Positions 12,682-24,490 of a DNA stretch of 64,000 nt are shown here, in pieces. Positions within the stretch are counted from its first letter, which is position 1, and each line of letters opens with the position of its first letter. The notes beneath the pieces are model-generated. The model was not told the DNA's origin and ran no database searches. It was given only the letters and a program-made list of their open reading frames with translations. The stretch is from Raillietiella orientalis (Eukaryota), in NCBI GenBank assembly GCA_036172245.1, contig JAYWIR010000040.1, forward strand, positions 310,001-374,000, in the 5' to 3' direction. The translations under genes and the position numbers were made by a program.

Positions 12682-12761
12682 CTTCTGCGCAGTTCCCAAC
12701 TATAAATACCAACAAGCGGACAACCAAAGCCAAGTCTTACTTACTCAGAATTACCAGAAAG

Positions 12762-13471
12762 ATGCCATACGCACTCTTCTTTAATTGGTGTTTCACACTC
12801 CGCAATTTTACAGAAGATGACTAACAAGAAATCAAAGCATTTTGCCGTGCGAACTGTTTCTTCGCATGCATTGGAAGAGAAGTGGCAAAAACAGGCACGC
12901 CACATCTCCAAGGATATTTCCAACTCAAGGAACCGAGAACTATGCCAGGATTAAAACGCAAGACTTTTCAAAAAAGCCATCTTGAAAAAGCCAGAGGCAG
13001 TCCACAGAGCAGCTTGAGGTACTGCACTAAGGAAGACAAACAAGCATGGACGTTCGGTCGCATCCACGACACCAACGAACCGACGGACTACCAAGACCTG
13101 GTAAGCCAATCCTTTTCACCACTATATCTAATCATTATCTCCATTAGATATTACAACTAATAGAAGATGGAGCGCACGAGCATTTCATATTGAAAAATCA
13201 TACCAAATTTTATTATAAAAATATTAATTTTATAAAGAAATGCTTCAGAATTACCAGAAACAGAGCACACCCAAACCCACTAGCCAAACTCCAACTTAGA
13301 AGCTGGCAAATGGATGTACTGAAATTAATATGACACAGCCCTGACAACCGAAAAATCCACTAGTTCTTCGACCCAATCGGAGGGATCGGCAAAACAACAA
13401 TGGCCAAATATCTCTTCCTTAAAAAGGGAGCTATATATATGCACAGCTGCAAATAGGCAGATGCTGCACAC
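12762..13471 (+). pseudogene. rep: CRESS-virus Rep, copy 2; 3'-truncated after Walker A; intron 13101-13147
   Basis: MPYALFFNWCFTL, PHLQGY, YCTK, GGIGKT. Several stops (e.g. 13331, 13361) and frameshifts. Confidence 0.92.
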
Positions 13472-15635
13472 TTCCCGGTCGAACAGTGGAGGCCAACCTG
13501 TTCCTCGCCAGCACCTTTTGGCAGTTGCAACAACGCGAGGCTCAGCTAGGTCGGGAGAGTCCTGGACTCTCTACTGACCAAGGGGAGGGAAGAATAAGAG
13601 AAGCAGCGCTGGGAGCCCTTGCGGTCGCAGTCGATTTGCATAAAGCTTTCGATTGCGTCGACCAGGAATCCCTGGAGCTACTGGAACGCACGGGATTTCC
13701 GGCCGTCTTCCTGGCCTAACTGCGCTCCTGCTGGCGCTTCGCGTTTATCAACATTAATTTCAGCAGCCAGCACGTGTACGGCGTGCCGGTTAGTCGCGGC
13801 ATCCGGCAGGGAAACAGCTTCAGCCCCCTACTCTTCAGCATCTACTCTGAGTTGATGTTGAGGGCATACAGGGAGACTTTGACAACCCTGCCGAGCTCAT
13901 ATCCCGGCACGCCTGCCGTGTCGGCCTATGCCTACGACCTTATGCTCCTGCATCGCGGGTCCACCCCGGCATTGGCGCTCGAAGATTGCTTCGAGTTGCT
14001 TCGCCGTGGGAGGGGCCTCGAGATGAACTCGACGAAGTCGTCGTTGATACATACCGAAACGTCGCGGGCAGGACGGTCGGACTGAATCCGATTGCGGATC
14101 CCCACGGGTGAGTACATCAAGTACCTTGGCGTTCCGTTGGGGGACTTCTCATTGCAGAAGCCTGTTCCGACCGTCTCCAAAAGGTGGAGTTCGCGATCGG
14201 TCCATTCCGGGACGGATATTTTTATTTGCAGGAACGGGCCGCGGTGTGGAATGCCTTTGCAGCCTCCCTCCTTCGCCCCCTACTTCTTGTGTGCCCCACC
14301 CCTCCCCAAATTCGGAAAAGGACAAGAGGCCTCATTAGAAAAGCCCTCTGGGGCAACCGGAGGCCCCGCGTCCGGCTTAAAGACTTGTGCTCTCCACGCA
14401 GTGACGGTGGATTTGGTCTCCTGACCTTGAAGCGCGTGAAGCGTCAGCTCCAAATTAGCAAACATGCCCTTGTGGCAAAATATTGGACAGCGCCATGGTG
14501 TGCGCCCACACGACTCCTCGCCTACAGGGCAACCGGCTGCAACGGATTGAACTCAATCCTAGTAGCCAACGACTGTAGACTGAACATTGCGGATTTCCGC
14601 TACGGGACTTGGTGGCCCTAGTAAGGAGCAGCCGGTGGATCTCCTGCAGCCCCGGAAACTTGTCTACCTGGCTCCAGGAGTCCGTTTCCGCGTGGGCAAA
14701 AATCAACGGCTCCAGTGGTGTGGAATTCTCCAGCTTCCGTCGAGGCAGCAACGCTGGCCAGCTCCTGCGGGAGATTGTTTCCAAGCCACAAAAGCTTTTG
14801 TGGGCCTCGTTCACCCCCCTTGCCCCCGTGCTGCCCTCCCTTATAGAAGCCAGGGACAGCCAAGAGGAGGCATCGTATGAAGTGTCCTGCCTCATCAGAG
14901 GTAGGAAAAAACTGATGAAAGCGTGGACGTCCCGGGAACTAGCGGACGCTACAACCCCGAGTGTCCCGCCAAATGGAATTGTGCGCTGGGGCGAGCTGCT
15001 CGGCATGCCTTTGGAGGAGAAGTGGCCCCCGGCGTATTGGGACAGTGGCACTCTAGCTTTGGATTGGCAGGAGACGGCGCTGCTTGTGCTCCATTGGGTC
15101 TTTTAAGCAGAGCACGCCTGTCTCACTGGACATTGGAGAGATTGGATGCCCATTGTGCAGAGTGCGAGAAAAGGGAGACCTTCCCCGTTTAATAATCGAG
15201 TGTTGCCCTCCGCTTCATGTGGGATCGACTCTCGTCGGCCCTAAACTAACTGGTGGGCGACCCTAAAAATATTTTTCGTCGCCTCCTGATGCGGAACTCC
15301 CTGCCAGGTGCCGCGTGTGTTGCAATTCTCTGCTGCATACGGAGAATATTGGACAAGTGGAACGCATGAATAACAGGCCGCAGTAGTCGGAATGCCATCC
15401 ACTGGGCAATCTCCATGGATAGCTTCCCGTTTGAGCCGGCTAAGTAACATTCTGCCAGCACTTGTTTCTATGCAGAACCAGATGCAGTGGCCCCCGCACG
15501 GCTTACTGTGATCCTTTCCCTTCCTTCCCCCCCTAAATATTGTCCTCCAAGCTTTTTCTTTTTTTTTGTTTTTTTCTTTTCCCGTCCCCTTCGCCAGTAG
15601 AGAGGACCTTACCGGCATACTGGTCGGAAAGCTCA
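13472..15635 (+). mobile_element. Tx1-like retrotransposon E (family C), 5'-truncated RT, C-terminus and 3' UTR
   Basis: PGRTVEANLFLAST, DLHKAFD, GIRQGNSFSP, YAYDL (degenerate YADD), KYLGVP, GGFGL, CAEC..RET. T-rich UTR after the stop at about 15511. Confidence 0.88.
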
Positions 15636-15831
15636 AGTGCATAAAACAGTATGAACAATGTGTTCTGATTGGAACACAAGTACAGACGTTAGGACTATAT
15701 TATAAAATAGATAATACCTAGAGTATTGCTCCAATTTTAATGCACGCAACAAATTTGCTAAGCTAATTGCCTGCTCCCTATACGTATGCATCCAGGAACA
15801 ATTCACATTATCTTCATCTGAAGATGAACTA
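15636..15831 (-). pseudogene. cap: CRESS-virus capsid middle fragment (continuation of the copy 3 cap)
   Basis: DEDNVNCSWMHTY..LLRALKLEQYSRYY aligns with DGDHVNCSWMFTY..LLKKLDLAEFAKRY in the copy 4 cap. Confidence 0.78.
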
Positions 15832-18800
15832 TGCCAAGGGCGCCGCAAACGAGGCACGTGAAGACTGCGGGCCTTGTGTTGAACTTCCGGACTCGTGGGA
15901 TGAAGAGGACGACCTCTCCAGAGCGGCTGCCAGTCCCGCGACGACTCCCGCACGAGCTGGTAGCTCCGCTAGTGCCCCGCCACCCGAAGAAACCTCAACG
16001 CAAGCTGGCTCCCTGCTGGATGAAGAATGTGTGGTTGTACCCGATGCTTCAAGCCCGATAGCCGTGCTATCGCCGACGTCGGTGGGATTAGACCCCGTCT
16101 CCATCAAGGATGAGCCACCTGCGCCACCTCAACCTGTGGAGCGCGCACTCGACTACCACAAGCTGAGCCCGGAACTCGAAGAGTTTGTGTATCGTAGTGC
16201 AAGCCCCCCTATAGTGGAAAGCGTAGGAGTTCGCTAACTGTGTGGCTCCAGCCACTCAACCCTCACAGTGGCGTCACCATCGCAAATTGGGTTAGACATG
16301 TTAGGCCAGCTCTCTCCGGAGGAAACAATCACAGTGGTTGTCCCCTGTTCTCCACCCTCGCCCCCCACCGTCCACCCTGCATACGTCCGCTTACTGGAGA
16401 AAGGAGTCGCGAAGGGAAAGGGGCTGCGCCGGAGAAGCCTCCATCGGGAAAAAACAGGAACCAACGACGGCGGGAAGAAACTCTCGTTCGAAGACCCCGT
16501 AGTAAGTCCTAATTCTAAGCAAACAAAATCGCAACGAGAAGGCCGTGCTCGGCCGATAACACTCGACCCCGCACCCTTGGTGCCGCGAACGTCCGATTGC
16601 GTAAACTCCACTCTAACGCAAGACGCCGTACTGATAGTGCATTACCCTGCGCCAAATTGTCTAGCCTGCCCGCTACCGAGGTGCAGATGGAGCACCTCGA
16701 CACACCAAACCAAAAGCACGGTTGGATCACTGAAGCGCCACATTAGGACGTCCCACTGGATCCCTGTACAAGACGCGCACCTGGTGTGCAGAAAATGCGA
16801 CGTGCAAATCCCTAACCCAGTTTGGCGCCATCGATGTGCGCCGAGAATCACTCCGATCGTGCCATCTGCCCCACTTCTATGTCCGGAACGGAACTGTGGG
16901 CAAAGCTTCTACAATAAGAAAGCCTTGGCGAACCACACCCGCTGACACGACGCCATCAACAGGACCTCGGAGAGAACATACACGCGCGGGCTTCGGGTCC
17001 AGCAAACGGCTGAGAACGCGTGTCGAATCGATCCGCGGCCGAGCTCCCCTGAGTTATACGCAGGGGAAACTGTTCCTCCGATATATCCCGATCAGGCGAG
17101 CGAATGGCGCACGGTCCCCCACTCACAGCTGCTTAGCAGCCTTCAAGGTGCGAATGCCGGTGGGAAATTTACAGAACTGATCTGTCAGATATACTCCAGG
17201 AACACCACCCGGATTGCCACCAAAGAGGGGCTCTCAGCACCCATTGCCCTCGAAAGAGGGGTCAAGCAAGGTTGCCCCTGTCGGGCTTGCTGTTCAATAT
17301 CACACTAGAGCCTCTCTGTGTGTGTATCAAGAGCCAGGTGCCCAAAGCCAATGTATTGGCGTACGCGGATAACTTAGTCATCCTAACAAAGGATGCAGAG
17401 GAGCTTTAAAAAGCACTCGACTGTGCCAGCGCAATGGCCTCTCGACTTGGGCTGTCGATCAACGCCAGGAAGTGTGCATCGTTCCAATACGACCCGGGTA
17501 CTCCAAGAACTGTTGGACGCCAGCGATTCCGAGTGTCGGGTGAGCTCTTGCCCGCCCTCACGGACGTTGGCATCTACAGCTACTTGGGGAAACCAGTCGG
17601 CTTCGATGCCATCCACAGCGATGCGCTTGAAGCCGACATCCGGTCCAGCATTGTCACAATTTTGGAGGCACCACTAGCTCCGTGGCAAACGCTGGACGCT
17701 CTAAAAACGTTTATTTTCCCATCCTTCGTCCACCGCATGCGGATGGGCTCTAAGCCCAGGAGCTTCTGGAGTGGTTTGGATGAGGTGATTAAAAAAGCAT
17801 TGAAGGAAGACATCCTTCCGTTGACCCGGGCCTCTTCCAAAGAGTACCTCTACGGGTCTCAGAGATATGGTGGTCTAGGGTTGATGATCCTTGCCGAGGA
17901 GGCCGACATCATGGCCGTTGATTCAGCTTTTAAAATGCTGACATGCCCTGACCTGGCCATAAGAGAGATGGCTTGGGCCTCTCTCAATGAAACCGTCCGG
18001 AGGAAAGTGCGCCAGCAACCGTCTGACGCCTTGATATCTGGCTATATCAGCGGAGACATCGACCCACCCTTCCATCATCAGTCGGGAGATCTCACCGACT
18101 ATTGGTCGAGAGCTCGCGAAGCCTCGAAGAAGCTTGACCTACAGTGGTCCATCCGAGCAAACCAAGTCTCCATCAAACTATCTAACAGGACACTCCGACA
18201 GAATGATCGGAAAATAATAGCCCGGTCCATTCGGGGCCTAAAGAGGCTCCAGAGAAGCAACGTGTTGAGAAGCAAGCCGGACCACGGCCGTATCATGGAT
18301 TGCGTGGCCCTTCACCCAGCTTCCATGGCCTTTTTACATAGGCCCGAGCTCATTCGACACAGCAATTGGAAGTTTATCCATAGAGCTCGCCTTAATCAAA
18401 TGTTCCTTAACGGTAATCGGAAGCGACCAGGCTTCCACGAGGCCCGTAGGCACTGTCCGTATCCGAAGGAAACATTATCCCACGTGCTATGTCATTGCAC
18501 CAAGCATCTTGGAACGTCGATCACAGCTAGGCATAATGCCGTCCTAGGCATGCTGGAGCATTCTGCCCGACCGAAATGGGGCCACTTCTCGGTCGATAGG
18601 ACAGACCTATCCATCGATAGCAGCCTGCGACCTGATATCGTCGCATCAGATGGACAACACATGATCATCGTGGACGTGTGCATCCCCTTCGAGAACCGGA
18701 AGCAGGCGATGGATGCAGCGAGAACACATAAGATCAGCAAATATACCGACATCCGCAGGAAGTACGAAGAACAGGGCTACAACGTCAAAGTTGAGGCCTT

Positions 18801-19494
18801 TGTGATCGGATCGTTAGGCAGTTCGCACCCGAAGAACGACTCGGTCCTAAGCTACCTGGGTCTGAGCAGCCACGAAATAAAGGCGATTCGCCCTAAGCTC
18901 GTGTGCTCTGTGATCCGGGCAGCCAGGAATATCTACGCCGAACATGTCTCATCTGAGTCAGCCGAGCGTAGTATAGCCCCGACCGTACCATGGTGCCGTG
19001 CGGCTTTTCAAGACCTGATCCAGTTATAAAAAACAGCCTGTAAGACTGAGTCCTCGAAAAGCAAAAGTCGACTGCTTAGGATCAAGAAGACCCTTTACCT
19101 ACCCTTGTGCCATGTGCCTCGAGTCCGCACCGTGCGAGAAATAAAAGGCAAATATCGCCTGGGAGAATCGCGCGGTCGGACTTCGTACCCTTCTGTCCCA
19201 CAAGCGAAAGCTCAGGAACTGCTCGCGATCACACGATCGGCAAGAGCAACGGAAACACCTCCCTTTTTTGTAAATCTCGGCCACGTAGGAATAAAGGCAA
19301 GTTCTTGCCCAGTCGAACTACGTGGCCGAGACTTCAAGACATATGTCTTTTTCCCCTCAGACAAGATCAGAGCTACGCTGGTCCTTTGTGTACTCTCAGT
19401 CACTGTACAGAACGAATTGTGCGAGCATCGTGCCCGTTGTACTCAATTCTTTGTAAATCAGGGTTACAATAAAAGTTACTTATATAAAGTTAAA
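15832..19494 (+). mobile_element. RLE-type (NeSL/Utopia-like, R2 superclade) non-LTR retrotransposon, internally deleted
   Basis: N-terminal zinc fingers (CPLPRC..LKRHIRTSH, CRKC..HRC, CPERNCGQSF..LANH). RT remnant GVKQGCP..YADNL at 17250-17400. ORF 17434..19029 carries YLGKP, GGLGL, WKFIHRARLN, ETLSHVLCHC, RHN, RPDIV, IVDVCIPFE, K..KY. AATAAA at about 19468. Confidence 0.88.
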
Positions 19495-19746
19495 TATAGT
19501 CCTTTCTGACGCAAAATGCACAGCTCCACCAGCTTCCACACGCTCAACTAACACACGCAAGGAACGACCTACTCTCCAACGAGGGTTTTTAATTAATTTG
19601 ACATTACGACGACGCCTATTCCAACGATGACGATGCTTAAAGGTACCATAACGCGAGCACAATCTGGTCAACCGTGGACGCTTTAATATTCTCGAACCAG
19701 ACACGCCTTTCCTTTTCTGAGCAGCAGACCGACGTGCTGTTGCCAT
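19495..19746 (-). pseudogene. cap: CRESS-virus capsid N-terminus (Arg-rich arm), copy 3
   Basis: MATARRSAAQKRKGV..YGTFKHRHRWNRRRR..NPRWRVGRSLRV, homologous to the copy 4 N-terminus; divergent from origin and rep. Confidence 0.85.
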
Positions 19747-19984
19747 TCGGCTACTAGATAGCCTACTGAAGATTTTTCTTAATCCCCCTCCCTTTCATAC
19801 TCCAGCTGGTGGCCCACGTCTAACCGACTTTCAAAGCCTTTCACGAGGTCCGGTTTCACCAGACACCCACTTCTGGAAATCTTATCGCTTTTCCGCGTTT
19901 TTAAGTCTTCCACAACCGCGGACAATAGCCAGACACTAAAAATAAATTTACTTGCATAATTTTCCACGGTGTCGGATGATTACT

Positions 19985-20053
19985 GCGTAATCTGAGTAAT
20001 ACAGACCAGATTGCACTCAGCAAAAAATGCTGCGCAGTTAGTCAGTATATAAA
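19985..20053. promoter_or_regulatory. Degenerate origin stem-loop (minus-strand nonamer CTGTATTAC) and rep promoter, copy 3
   Basis: Arms gcgtaatctg (19985-19994) / cagattgcac (20007-20016) with 2 mismatches, GTAATACAG at 19996-20004, ctgcgcag at 20030, TATATAAA at 20046. Confidence 0.8.
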
Positions 20054-20117
20054 CCACCTACAGCATCCGGACCGCAGTCTCTTCCAGTGAATTACCTACA
20101 GTGAATTAATCTCCAAA

Positions 20118-21175
20118 ATGACTTCACCATGCACTACACTTCAAATGGTGCCTCACCCTATGCAAATACACTGAGGAGGACTTCAAGACCATAAAGCACT
20201 TGTACCGCTCCAACTGCTCCTTCGCCTGCATCGGAAGGGAAACCGCAGACAGTGGAGCCCCTCACCTACAGGACTACATGGAGTTCAAAGAACCAAGAAC
20301 CATGCCGGGATTACGCCACAAACCTTTTCATAAGACACCCTTAGAAAAAGCCAAAGGCCCTCCACAGAGCAACATAAGGTAATGCACGAAGCAGGATACA
20401 GATGTATGGACTTTCGGGGCCATCAACGAACAGCCAGAAGCAAAATCTTATCAAGAACAAGTAAGTTTACCTCGAACATAACTACTACTCTACTAACTCC
20501 TTTCTAGATCCTACAACTTATAGAAAGTGGAGCAGATGAGCTCTACATCCTCAAGCATCACACCCAATTTTATTCAAAAAATATAAACTTTACCAAAGAG
20601 TGCTTCCGATTCTCCAGAACACGTAAACACACCAACCCCCTAGCCGGACTCCAACTCAAACAATGGCAGATGCAAATTATAAATCTCATCTGACACCAGC
20701 CCCATAAAAGAAAAATCTACTGATACTTCCACAAGGTTGGAAACACTGGCAAAACGACGATGGCCAAGTTCCTCTTTCTCAAAAAAGACGCCATATATAT
20801 GCACAGCTGCAAAAAAGCTGATGCCGCTCACATATATAATGGTGAGCGTATAATAGTATTCGATTTCACAAAAGACAACATGGAGCACATACAGTACGGC
20901 TTCAGTGAACCCCTAAAAAATGGAATCATCTTTGATTCCAAATATCAAGGAAGTATCAAATACTTCCGAAATCCCCATATTACAGCATTCGCCAACTGGG
21001 AGCCAGATTACAGCAAGCTCTCTAGAGATAGGTGGATTGTTCATAACATCTCCGCTAGTCTCAGCAAGACCAACTGGCAAGTAGGAGAGGAAGGAGACAT
21101 CCTCCCATGGTCTCTATCTTCAAGCTCTAGTCCAGATAGAGACCCTGATTCGCCTGCCTTCTCCCAACAAACTTT
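20118..21175 (+). pseudogene. rep: CRESS-virus Rep, copy 3; near full length, decayed; intron 20461-20507
   Basis: WCLTL, PHLQD, *CTK, GNTGKT, IIVFDF, AFAN, SRDRW; GTAAGT..TACTAAC..TAG intron. Confidence 0.92.
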
Positions 21176-21189
21176 GAGTAACGGAATAG

Positions 21190-21607
21190 GATATTCCGTA
21201 CTTCGTCCTGCAGATCCAGACGGTTATTGTCTTGCTTCGCCATTCTTCGCTTGTTTACACCATCACAGAATTCCAGATGATTGGAAATCCTCAAGAACAG
21301 TGCTTATCCCAAAACCAGGATCATCCGACCTCCTAAACATCTCGCAATTCCAACCTATTTCAATTTCCAATACGATAAAGTTTTTTCAAAAATCGTCGCT
21401 TGTCGATTGCGATCGTGGATTATCAGAAATGGCATATTAGGTCCCCACCAAAAAAGTTTTATCCCATTCGACGGTGCTCGAACAAAACTTTATCCTCGCT
21501 TCGTCCATCGAGCATTCAAGAGTTCATCATAAAGATTTAGCAATTGTATGGATTGATATAAAAGATGTGTTCATATCTATTCCGCATAGCTTAATACTAA
21601 ATTCTCT
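21190..21607 (+). mobile_element. Short RT fragment of an RLE-clade (R2/NeSL-like) retrotransposon
   Basis: DPDG, IPDDWKSSRTVLIPK, FQPISISNT, HQKSFIPFDG, LAIVWIDIKDVFISIPH across frames. Confidence 0.75.
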
Positions 21608-22830
21608 ATCCTCGCCGTCGCCCTGAACCTTTTAGTCGTTTTCCGTCGGGATCTCGGAGCTGGCCTTCGCCTTGGTGGCGGAAGTTACCTCCTTCGCTGC
21701 AGCTAGTGCTGGTAGCTTTCTCCTTTTCTTTGACGCGCGCTTTCTCGCGTTTCGGGCGGACGTGACACGGACTAAATAGTGGGGGCACACCCGACTACTG
21801 TATCCCGTTTCCTTGCACTTCTGGCACTCCACGTTCGGACACCTCATCTTGAAGTGTACAACACTGCTGCAGCAGCCGCAGAACCTCGGTTTCCCCACGT
21901 ACCACACGTCAATGGATTCACTGTTACGCACAGTTTGTAGGGAAACTTGCAGCCTCCGCGAACCGTGACTCGCGTTGCAGCGAGACCTCCCAGCATACCA
22001 TCGTAATCTACGAACCAAGTGGGCTTACCCCACAGCGCATTTTTTTTTTCTTTTTTTTAATAAAAGCCCCGGCTCACCCGGATGAAAAAACCCACAGCGC
22101 TTATACGGTTGCAAATTTATCAACTTCGTTCCGGACAGACTCCTTCGTCATGCGGAACGTTATACCGGTCAGTTGAATGATTACCGACCGGTCCTGTGTT
22201 ACCGGGAGAAGCCTCCGACTTCCCATCAGTACAGGGGTTCTCAGGAGTCTCTGCACAAGAGTTGCCTCCTGCAGATTACCTCCACGAATTGACCGCCGCT
22301 TCCTATGGACATAGCCAGAAGCTCCTCTTTAACGCCCACCTCGCATCGCTTGCGAGAAGGCACGCGCGCTGTCTGGAGAATGCAGCCCACCTACCTTAAA
22401 TAGGAGGGGTGGGTTATACTCCTCCTCCAGGTGGGCACGCATCTCCGCCATACCAGCAGGCGTAGGTGCGACAGCCACGGCTTTCCAAGCCTTGGGTGGG
22501 GCCGGGGACGCATCAGTGGGCTCCACTTCCATCTCCTCCGTTGGCGATGAGGTCATCGCCTCCAGTTCTCCACTGGTTGTGGTGTCAGGCATTGCTGCCT
22601 AAACCAGCACCGACAACATACACAAACGCAGGAAAACGGAAACTCAGGAACGACCATAGAACACGTCCGCTCGGGGCTCCGGATTCTCAACGACTGGGAC
22701 CCCATGAAGGCTGCGGTCCGCGAGTACTGCGAGCTCCGCTTGAAACGCCTGCTCCCCGAATTTGGAGTTTCCACCTAGATACGCGAGGGGTATTAAACTC
22801 TGCAAAACGTGGTAAGAGACCCTACTAATG
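21608..22830 (-). mobile_element. Tx1-like retrotransposon F (family C): 5' UTR and ORF1, 3'-truncated
   Basis: 22329..22592 (EEEYNPPLLFKVG) and 21632..22018 (DVWYVGKPRFCGCC..CQKCKETG) are homologous to C ORF1. Confidence 0.85.
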
Positions 22831-22844
22831 GCCACTACAACACC

Positions 22845-23910
22845 GGACCTGCCGAGACGCCGGGTCGCAGACAAGCGTGACTCCTCGGCAGTCAAAATGG
22901 ATGGGGGGAAAAACAAAAAGTAAAAATAAAGAAAACCAAAAAAAAACATACTTTCAAGGATTAGGAAGGGTTCACTGTTCATTGGGAGGACGGAGCATCC
23001 TTTGAAGGATGCCCTCGAGGTCCTTCAGCTCCTGTCCCAGCTGACGTCATCCCGCCACTCTCTCTATAAAGCGAACAGCATAATGGATGACATCCATGTC
23101 GCTTGCATCAACTTAGTCGTGGGCATCACTCCAGACCGTCACCATCCCTCGGATGCAGCAGTGCTGCCGGGGCTCCAGCTAGTCACAGGGCATCCTGAAC
23201 GAGGAGAAGCCGAAAAACGTCTCTGGGCTGACTGCCCACCGGGATCCGTAGCGAGGAACCAAGACGCTCCCAGAGAGGTCGAAGGGCAGCAAAATCAACA
23301 ATAAGGTGGGAAAGGGTTCCATTCCGCTCCACGCACCTGATGCAGTGAAGATTCACTCGACCCCGCGTCCAGTGATGGCGGCGTGCGTTGCAGGGTAGAC
23401 CCCAATGCAACAGGAGAAGCGCCGAGTCCTGCCACTTCAGGGGCAAGGATCCTCGAACCGTTTGAAACCGGTGGCCACTTCAGGTCATCCATCGGGATGC
23501 CGAGCAGCTCGCCCTATCTCAGTAATCCTCGCGGGACGACACTTCGGGTCATGGCGTCGGCCAACTGTCCCATGTCCAACCGCTCATCTTCTCTCTGCGG
23601 CAGGAGAATTGCCACCTAGGCATGCGGCTGCTGGGGAGCGCTCTCCACGGGAAGGGCATCGCCGTAGCTAGGGGGTCGTCTCTGCCCATGTGCTCCTCGC
23701 GGGACACTGCGGTATCTTCCGCAGAGTGCAGCGAGAGTTGGCGCCGCGTTGCAGGCAGTTCCACATCTCGTGGTTCCTCTCATTTAGCTTCGCCCACGTG
23801 CCAGTAGTCTCCTCCAGCCATGTGGTGGAGTTGGCCGGACTGCAGACCATCCAGCCGTTCTCCTTAGTTATGATGGCTATGCTTCCAAGAAGGCCGCATC
23901 TGCAGATCTG
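22845..23910 (-). mobile_element. Tx1-like retrotransposon G (family C): ORF2 C-terminus and 3' UTR
   Basis: PLKWQDSALLLLHWGLPCNAR..CIRC..TLSHLIVD; T-rich UTR on the minus strand at 22900-22970. Confidence 0.85.
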
Positions 23911-24002
23911 TCGAAAACCCAACGCTCGACAGCCCCTGCAGGAGACAATCAAGAAGCCGCGGAAGTTTCAGTGGGCTTCCTTGACCCCCTCTGCCAACCC
24001 CC

Positions 24003-24490
24003 TATAACCCCGTTGGTGGAACGGGGAAAACAATCATGGCGAAATTCCTTTATCCGAAAAAGGGTGCCATTTACATGCACTCATGCAGGAAAGCAGACGC
24101 CGCCCATATATACAACGGAGAACGTATCATCGTAGTTGTCTTCACCAGAGACACACAAGAGACTGTCCAGTATGGCTTCATCGAAACTCTCAAAAATGGA
24201 ATCATATTCGATTCCAAATACCAAGCTTCCATAAAATACTTTCAAACGCACACATCATCGTTTTCTGCAACTGAGAACCAAACTACGACAAAATGAGCAA
24301 CGACAGATGGACAGTCAGGAATATTTCCAAAAATGATGCCAACAGACTCACTTCTTGGATGATGGATGAAGACGGTGCCATTCTCCCTTGGGATTGCACT
24401 TCAAGCCCTAGTACAGCGTAAGCCCGCGACTCGCCTGAGTCGTATCCTTCCACATTGTCACCTCCCTCCTTTTTTTTGATGAAATAAACA
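24003..24490 (+). pseudogene. rep: CRESS-virus Rep helicase half, copy 4
   Basis: YNPVGGTGKT..HSCRKADAAHIYNGERII..LKNGIIFDSKY; 3' end closely matches copy 1. Confidence 0.9.

Noticed and set aside
15767..16237. ORF apparently starting at 15767
   Set aside because: Its first 20 or so codons are antisense viral cap; the real element sequence starts at about 15832.
20760..21440. ORF fusing the Rep helicase to an RT fragment
   Set aside because: Both parts are decayed, the upstream Rep has stops and the RT piece frameshifts after about 60 codons. A chance in-frame junction.
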